Positions 47,864 through 52,743 of a stretch of DNA of 52,743 bases are shown piece by piece. Position 1 is the first letter of the stretch. Each line of letters opens with the position of its first letter. Below the pieces are notes generated by a model. The model was given only the letters and a program-made list of their open reading frames with translations, did not search any database and was not told the origin of the DNA. Position numbers and translations under genes: made by a program. The DNA lies in the NCBI GenBank assembly GCA_964473175.1, contig CAYYNN010000001.1, positions 166,603 to 219,345 on the forward strand. The letters run 5' to 3'. This DNA comes from an uncultured Candidatus Saccharibacteria bacterium (GTDB lineage: Bacteria; Patescibacteriota; Minisyncoccia; Phycocordibacterales; UBA9973).

Positions 47864-49031
47864 ATCCATTAACCTGTTTTCCTTCCATAATTTTTGCTAA
47901 TACTGTCGACACGTGTCCTTGAAGTGTCTGCAGGCTCAGTGACTGTACCAAAACAGTGGAGTTGAGTCGATACGCATCACGCTCCTGAGCATTTTCAATA
48001 AGTAATGAGATTGCCTTACAAAAGCCCTCTATATCGGCAGCCATGAACTTCTCATAAGGTGTATTGGTGAATATTTCTTTGGCGATACCACTTTGTGTAG
48101 TAACCACAGGAGTATGCACGCTCAATGCTTGAATAATAGGAATCGTTGCCTCATCAGAATCAGCAGCAGCAAGATATATGTTGGCGCCGCTAACATAGTT
48201 GGCAATATCATCTCCTGCAGCTCGAACATGTATGGATTGTGTATGTTTCGTAGAGAGGATGCGTTCAAACGCACGCACCTGCGACGTTGGCACCATCACG
48301 ACGAGTGCTACGCGTGGATATTTGATAACAATTTTTGCAAATACTCGTGCGACAAACATACTATCTCGTCGGTGCCCCAGAGATGCATGTGTTAGCAAGA
48401 AAAATTTTTGTTGCGGATACTGAACACCAAAATTTATCGGATCAGGTTTTCTTCCCAGAAATGATGTGTCTACCGCAGGTCTCACCACAGTAACTTTGTC
48501 AGGACGAACTCCTGCGCGAGTAACAATAGTATCAGCAACTTTTTCACCGGGGACAAATATTCCTTGGGCACAGCGTGCTAATGCGAATTGCCGAATAAAT
48601 TCTCTTGAGAGTAGTGGTGCTTCCAAAAATGTTCCATTTGTTGAAACGAAGAATTCACGACCGTATCGCTTCGCGAGAATATACCCTATCCATCCTCCAG
48701 TATGTGTTGATAAGTTGAGTATAAAATGCGGCCTGAATTCCCGTTTCCACACCATATGATATTTGATCATGTCGACAATCTCATCAAAATGCCACCACAG
48801 ATGGTTGCCTGACATATAATATGCAAATACGTTTGGCGAAAGGTTCACGACACGAGTACCACCTTTTGCGAGATTTTTCACTAGTATAATACAATGCAAC
48901 TCTTCGAGCTGATCTCCATATAACATTATTTCATTCCATAATGGATGTGCGATATCGATTTCTCGATCAGCATCGTATATCAACAGCGCACGTGGTTTCG
49001 TGGGGAGTATTTTGATGGGCTGCATCTTCAT
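47862..49031 (-). CDS. glycosyltransferase (GT-B, GT4-like)
   Basis: 389 aa with a two-Rossmann GT-B-like layout and a C-terminal nucleotide-sugar binding-like region (AAADSDEATIPIIQALSVHTPVVTT). Confidence 0.75.
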   Translation of the reverse strand: MKMQPIKILPTKPRALLIYDADREIDIAHPLWNEIMLYGDQLEELHCIILVKNLAKGGTRVVNLSPNVFAYYMSGNHLWWHFDEIVDMIKYHMVWKREFRPHFILNLSTHTGGWIGYILAKRYGREFFVSTNGTFLEAPLLSREFIRQFALARCAQGIFVPGEKVADTIVTRAGVRPDKVTVVRPAVDTSFLGRKPDPINFGVQYPQQKFFLLTHASLGHRRDSMFVARVFAKIVIKYPRVALVVMVPTSQVRAFERILSTKHTQSIHVRAAGDDIANYVSGANIYLAAADSDEATIPIIQALSVHTPVVTTQSGIAKEIFTNTPYEKFMAADIEGFCKAISLLIENAQERDAYRLNSTVLVQSLSLQTLQGHVSTVLAKIMEGKQVNG

Positions 49032-49054
49032 CTCTATAGTATAGCGTGCTTCGT

Positions 49055-49762
49055 TTATTTTTTCTCAAAATATACCGTAATACTCCGACGTTTTGCCGGC
49101 TTGCCTTTGATGTGATGTTTTCCTGATGCCTCTTTGTGCATGATGATAAAGTCTTTTTCAAATGACTCCGTGAGTGCCGCGTCAGTCCACACGTATTCGT
49201 AGACACCAAGTTTGGGATGTATGTAGGCATTCTTTTCACCAGCTGCATGATTGGTGAGGAGGTCTTTGGTATGACTATCGCGCTCAGCATAGAAGGATTT
49301 GAAAAACAGCACTCCTTGCGGTTTCATTACTCGTCCAATCTCACTGATATATCTTGCACGTTCGACATTTTTAAGAAAATGAGATGACATTGCATCGATG
49401 ACGAAGTCTATTGACTCATCAGCAAGTGGTATCAGCTGATCAAGAGATCGCACCACAAATGAAAGCTTGCTTCCCCATTGCTGTTTGTCCGCAACTGCTT
49501 GTGCCTGACCAATAGCTTCTTTGGAAATGTCGTATCCGAAACCATGCACCCGAAAGTGTTCATTGAGCCAGAGTAAGTTGCGACCATTACCACAGCCTGC
49601 ATCGAGCACAGTGACATCTGGTCGGAATACATCCTTACCATACTCCTTCATCATCCAGCGCACACATTTGACCATGTCAGCAGACACTTCATCAGAGAGT
49701 GCAAACATCCCTGGATCTTTGTACTCCTTGTCCCAAAATTCCTTTAAGCGCTTTTCGTTCAT
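49055..49762 (-). CDS. class I SAM-dependent methyltransferase
   Basis: 235 aa with motif I VLDAGCGNGRN. Confidence 0.85.
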   Translation of the reverse strand: MNEKRLKEFWDKEYKDPGMFALSDEVSADMVKCVRWMMKEYGKDVFRPDVTVLDAGCGNGRNLLWLNEHFRVHGFGYDISKEAIGQAQAVADKQQWGSKLSFVVRSLDQLIPLADESIDFVIDAMSSHFLKNVERARYISEIGRVMKPQGVLFFKSFYAERDSHTKDLLTNHAAGEKNAYIHPKLGVYEYVWTDAALTESFEKDFIIMHKEASGKHHIKGKPAKRRSITVYFEKK

Positions 49763-49803
49763 GTGATTGACATTCTACCAGAAAAGTTGTAATGTTGCAA
49801 AAA
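49763..49803 (+). repeat. Direct repeat R1a (41 nt, promoter-containing)
   Basis: GTGATTGACATTCTACCAGAAAAGTTGTAATGTTGCAAAAA is identical to 50713-50753. It contains TTGACA (49767-49772), a 17-nt spacer and TAATGT (49790-49795). Confidence 0.9.
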
Positions 49804-49887
49804 CGAAAATTATGAAAAAAAATAGCACTTTATCTCCCCTTCAGTCCTTCAAAAAAAGTTTTCTTAATATTACATCCTTTTGATCGT

Positions 49888-50058
49888 ATGTTTCCCTACC
49901 CATTATCTGCTGAAAAAATTTCTCCTGAAATTTTGAGCAATACTCGTTTGTTAACGGAGATAACGGTATCAAAAGTAATTGATGAACTGAAAGAAGACTA
50001 CCCTGATATAAAGCCGGTAAAAATTAACTTAACGTTTACAGAAGAAAATTATTTCTAA
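49888..50058 (+). CDS. candidate 56-aa protein
   Basis: My own translation is MFPYPLSAEKISPEILSNTRLLTEITVSKVIDELKEDYPDIKPVKINLTFTEENYF. It lies downstream of the R1a promoter and upstream of a terminator, and is below the track cutoff. Confidence 0.35.
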   Translation: MFPYPLSAEKISPEILSNTRLLTEITVSKVIDELKEDYPDIKPVKINLTFTEENYF

Positions 50059-50078
50059 TAACCTTAAATAATTTTCTG

Positions 50079-50112
50079 AAAAAGCCACCACAGACTGTGA
50101 TGGCTTTTCTTT
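50079..50112. terminator. Intrinsic terminator hairpin
   Basis: AAAAA-GCCACCACA-GAC-TGTGATGGC-TTTTCTTT (one mismatch in the stem). Confidence 0.6.
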
Positions 50113-50158
50113 ATATCTTTCGTCTTGCCTTTGTTCGTTCAGCGTCATTGAGAAACTT
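50105..50158 (-). repeat. Direct repeat R2a: relic copy of the typA 3' end plus terminator tail
   Basis: The minus strand reads KFLNDAERTKARRKI*, compared with the real typA end (Q)FLNDAERTKAKRPKNQ* at 51116-51169. Similarity continues into the TTTTCTTTAT tail. Confidence 0.75.
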
Positions 50159-50188
50159 TAGATATTCTTTAACTTATATTCATATACT

Positions 50189-50581
50189 ATGAATATGCAT
50201 CGCAAAGACTTTGATTTATGGAATACACAAAAGAAACACTTAGATGAGATCAGTAACAAACTCTATCATGCTCGCGATATCTGGTGGTGCTCCCTCGGAC
50301 TTAATGTTGGATTTGAACAAGATGGTACGGGCAAAGATTTCCAGCGACCCGTTCTCATAGTTAAAGGATTTAGTAAGCAAGTATGCCTCGCAATCCCACT
50401 CACCACATCACAAAAGAAAAACAAATATCATGTACAACTTGGCACAATCAATGGAAAGGAGTCTTTTGCAATTATTTCACAGATCCGACTGATTGATACT
50501 CGTCGACTAATCAACAAAATCGCAGTGCTCGACATAGGGATATTTGAAACAATAAGAAAAGCCGCTAAAGACTTGCTCTAG
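50189..50581 (+). CDS. PemK/MazF-family toxin-like protein
   Basis: 130 aa with DFDLWNTQKKHL, REIWW-type DIWWCSLGLNVGFEQDG, FQRPVLIV and SQIRLIDTRRL, typical of this PemK/MazF subfamily. The start is the ATG at 50189 or at 50195. Confidence 0.82.
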   Translation: MNMHRKDFDLWNTQKKHLDEISNKLYHARDIWWCSLGLNVGFEQDGTGKDFQRPVLIVKGFSKQVCLAIPLTTSQKKNKYHVQLGTINGKESFAIISQIRLIDTRRLINKIAVLDIGIFETIRKAAKDLL

Positions 50582-50712
50582 CGACGTTTCTGTTCTCCCT
50601 CTTGCGAGGGCAAGCCCGAAGGCATTTGTACAGTTATTGTAGCAAATCATACATGGGAGTCAAATCGAAATCCGCCACATAGATGGCGGCTTTCTCGGAG
50701 CCCAAAGGCCTA

Positions 50713-50753
50713 GTGATTGACATTCTACCAGAAAAGTTGTAATGTTGCAAAAA
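50713..50753 (+). repeat. Direct repeat R1b (41 nt, promoter-containing)
   Basis: Identical to 49763-49803. TTGACA is at 50717-50722 and TAATGT at 50740-50745, upstream of the 98-aa ORF. Confidence 0.9.
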
Positions 50754-50778
50754 ACATTTATAACGAAAATTTCGTCTT

Positions 50779-51075
50779 ATGCCAAAAGAAAAAGAGTATT
50801 TACCAAGGGAAATTTATTCTCTTGGTGAGGATATTACCCTTGAGAACAGAGAACCCTTGAAAGGAAACGATATAGCTCCCCCTTTTCCAAAACGAAAGAA
50901 GAACTACAAAGTACTGAGGATAGAAATCGATTCAAAAGGCAACCAGCACTTAGGTGTTGGTTTAAAATCCAAAGTTAATTTTGTTACGTCCTACGAAACA
51001 GGTGAGCACCTCACCGGAAGCGGTAACACTCATTACTGTCATCCATCTCGGTTCAGAAAAAAAAGCAAAAAATAA
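50779..51075 (+). CDS. hypothetical 98-aa protein
   Basis: ORF with an ATG start, between the R1b promoter and a strong terminator. It has a basic C-terminus and no recognised family. Confidence 0.45.
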   Translation: MPKEKEYLPREIYSLGEDITLENREPLKGNDIAPPFPKRKKNYKVLRIEIDSKGNQHLGVGLKSKVNFVTSYETGEHLTGSGNTHYCHPSRFRKKSKK

Positions 51076-51083
51076 TTATTACT

Positions 51084-51113
51084 AAAAAACTGATCATATT
51101 GATCAGTTTTTTT
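51084..51113. terminator. Bidirectional intrinsic terminator (typA / 98-aa ORF)
   Basis: AAAAAA-CTGATC-ATATT-GATCAG-TTTTTTT. Confidence 0.8.
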
Positions 51114-51169
51114 CTTTATTGATTCTTTGGTCGCTTTGCCTTCGTTCGTTCTGCGTCATTGAGAAATTG
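51108..51169 (-). repeat. Direct repeat R2b (authentic typA 3' end and terminator tail)
   Basis: Partner of R2a. The shared core GCGTCATTGAGAAA sits at 51153-51166 versus 50142-50155, and the flanking similarity has a few indels. Confidence 0.75.
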
Positions 51170-52743
51170 CTTTCGGAGACGCACAGATAGTGGAGTAACT
51201 TCCAAGAATTCATCATCCACCATCACTTCAAGTCCTCGCTCAATAGTCATCGTCCATGGTGGGATGATCGTCACCGCTTCGTCCGTACCACTTGCTCGCA
51301 TGTTGGTAAGTTGCTTTCCTTTAGTAGGGTTCACTTTCATTTCTTCACCCTTACTGGTGTTTCCAATCACCATACCTTCATACACTTCAGTCTGTGGGCC
51401 GATGTAGAGCGTGCCACGATCTTGGAGTCCCCAGAGCGCAAATGCCAATGCCTTGCCGCTTTCCATAGAGACCATAGAACCAACTTGGCGACGAGTGATC
51501 TCGCCTGCGTATGGACGGAAACCGAGGACTCGTGCCGACATGATGCCTTCACCTTTGGTGTCCACCAAGAACTGGTTGCGATATCCGAGGAGTCCACGAG
51601 TAGGTCCCGTAAAGACCATGCGCACAGTCGAGTTGTGTAGCTTCATATCTCCCATAATAAATCCTCGCATACCAAGCTTTTCGATAATAACACCTTGGTG
51701 TTCAGTGGGAGCATCAATAGTCACTTCTTCAAACGGCTCACTCTTCTTGCCATCAACATCTTTGATAATAACCTGTGGCTGAGACACTTGGATTTCATAT
51801 CCTTCACGGCGCATGTTCTCGAGCAATACCGCAATGTGCATTTCTCCGCGACCGTACACAGTGAAACCTTCAGCGATACGATCTGGATTTGCATCAAAGT
51901 TCACCTTGAGTCCAACGTTGGTTTCAAGTTCGCGTTCAAGTCGTTCTCGGATTTGTCGTGATGTCACGAACTTCCCTTCCTTGCCGGCAAATGGAGAGTT
52001 GTTGACCAAGAAGTCCAACACGATGGTTGGTTCATCAATAGTAATAGCAGGCAAAAGAGGCGCTTCTTTGTTTGTTGAAATAGTTTCTCCAATGAAGATG
52101 TCAGGGATACCCGCGATCATCACGATGTCTCCCGCAACTGCTTCTTGCACTTCCTCTCGCTTCATTCCCATGAACGTAAATAGTTTTACAATTTTTGCAG
52201 TTCGAGCAGCGCCATCACCACTTCGGATGAACACGGTGTCTCCTGCTTTTGCCACACCTTCATAGACACGTCCTGCAGCGAGACGTCCGAGGAAGTTATC
52301 ATAGGCGAGGTTGAATGCCTGCATACGAAACTCTTTTGTTGTGTCGTTCAATGCAACAGGAACCTTTTCGATGATGGTATCAAAGAGTGGTGCGAGATCT
52401 TTTTGTTCATCATTTGGTTCTCGCATCGCAACACCGTCGCGACCGATGGCGTACACAGTAGTGAAGTCGAGTTGCTTGTCGTTTGCACCGAGATCCATGA
52501 ACAACTCAAACACCGCATCGTGGGTTGCAGCACAGTCAGCACCTGGTTTATCGATCTTGTTAATCACCACGATAGGGTTGAGTCCAAGCTCCAATGACTT
52601 TTTCAATACGAAACGAGTTTGTGGCATTGGTCCTTCTTGTGCGTCGACAATAAGGAGCACGGAGTCGATAGAACGGAGCACACGCTCAACTTCAGAACCG
52701 AAGTCGGCGTGACCTGGAGTGTCCACAATGTTGATCTTGGTAC
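51116..52743 (-). CDS. typA: translational GTPase TypA/BipA (N-terminus beyond the window)
   Basis: The frame stays open to the window edge (..TKINIVDTPGHADFGSEVERV). G-domain motifs DTPGH and NKID are present and the sequence is BipA-like throughout. Confidence 0.93.
   Translation of the reverse strand, partial: TKINIVDTPGHADFGSEVERVLRSIDSVLLIVDAQEGPMPQTRFVLKKSLELGLNPIVVINKIDKPGADCAATHDAVFELFMDLGANDKQLDFTTVYAIGRDGVAMREPNDEQKDLAPLFDTIIEKVPVALNDTTKEFRMQAFNLAYDNFLGRLAAGRVYEGVAKAGDTVFIRSGDGAARTAKIVKLFTFMGMKREEVQEAVAGDIVMIAGIPDIFIGETISTNKEAPLLPAITIDEPTIVLDFLVNNSPFAGKEGKFVTSRQIRERLERELETNVGLKVNFDANPDRIAEGFTVYGRGEMHIAVLLENMRREGYEIQVSQPQVIIKDVDGKKSEPFEEVTIDAPTEHQGVIIEKLGMRGFIMGDMKLHNSTVRMVFTGPTRGLLGYRNQFLVDTKGEGIMSARVLGFRPYAGEITRRQVGSMVSMESGKALAFALWGLQDRGTLYIGPQTEVYEGMVIGNTSKGEEMKVNPTKGKQLTNMRASGTDEAVTIIPPWTMTIERGLEVMVDDEFLEVTPLSVRLRKQFLNDAERTKAKRPKNQ

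Noticed and set aside
49776-49795. Repeat R1 shares TACCAGAAA plus GTTGT with the antisense anticodon arm of tRNA-Gln (44493-44509). This is tempting as an att-like link between the recombinase target and the toxin cassette.
   Set aside because: A 9-mer match is expected by chance in a 52-kb AT-rich window. The extra 5-mer needs an indel, and there is no further flanking similarity.

Overview
This is a gene-dense 52.7-kb chromosomal segment. It reads like a streamlined Patescibacteria/CPR-type (Parcubacteria-like) genome. That placement is an inference from compact housekeeping proteins: a 418-aa ProRS without the INS editing insertion, a roughly 293-aa RF2, NAD salvage genes, an orphan solute-binding protein and many small membrane or secreted ORFs. 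The genetic code looks standard: RF2 is encoded here and TGA ends tsf. The core backbone, left to right, is an RNB-like partial gene, tgt, mreC-mreB, proS, rpsB-tsf, tRNA-Thr(UGU), a DUF4015-like glycoside hydrolase, and an envelope module (processive GT2 plus two CxxC proteins). It continues with rpoB-rpoC-dnaG-rpoD on the minus strand, trmD/KH/rpsP, rnr, a capA-like gene, secG, an SBP, rnj, an MFS transporter, a cysteine-free mutY-like gene, small stress-type membrane proteins, a GIY-YIG protein and a short zwf-like gene. After that come nrtR-pnuC-nadR, tRNA-Gln(CUG), ftsX-ftsE, prfB, a histidine phosphatase, a glycosyltransferase, a SAM methyltransferase and typA (partial). No rRNA gene or CRISPR array was seen. 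Two accessory zones stand out. (1) In 37.4-44.5 kb, a ~60-nt direct repeat in three copies brackets the NAD-salvage cassette and a small membrane-protein gene. It is followed by a decayed mobile-element-like stretch: back-to-back 5'-truncated MBL-fold and DNA methyltransferase fragments, two weakly paralogous small helical proteins, a promoter plus terminator defining a ~65-nt RNA or attenuator, and a small ORF coupled to a large serine recombinase. The recombinase 3' end runs antisense through tRNA-Gln. (2) In 49.76-51.17 kb, two interleaved direct repeats surround an orphan MazF/PemK-like toxin gene and a hairpin-rich noncoding tail. One repeat is a 41-nt perfect near-consensus promoter. The other is a relic copy of the typA 3' end plus terminator tail. 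All calls rest on reading the sequence and recognising motifs; no database search was possible.
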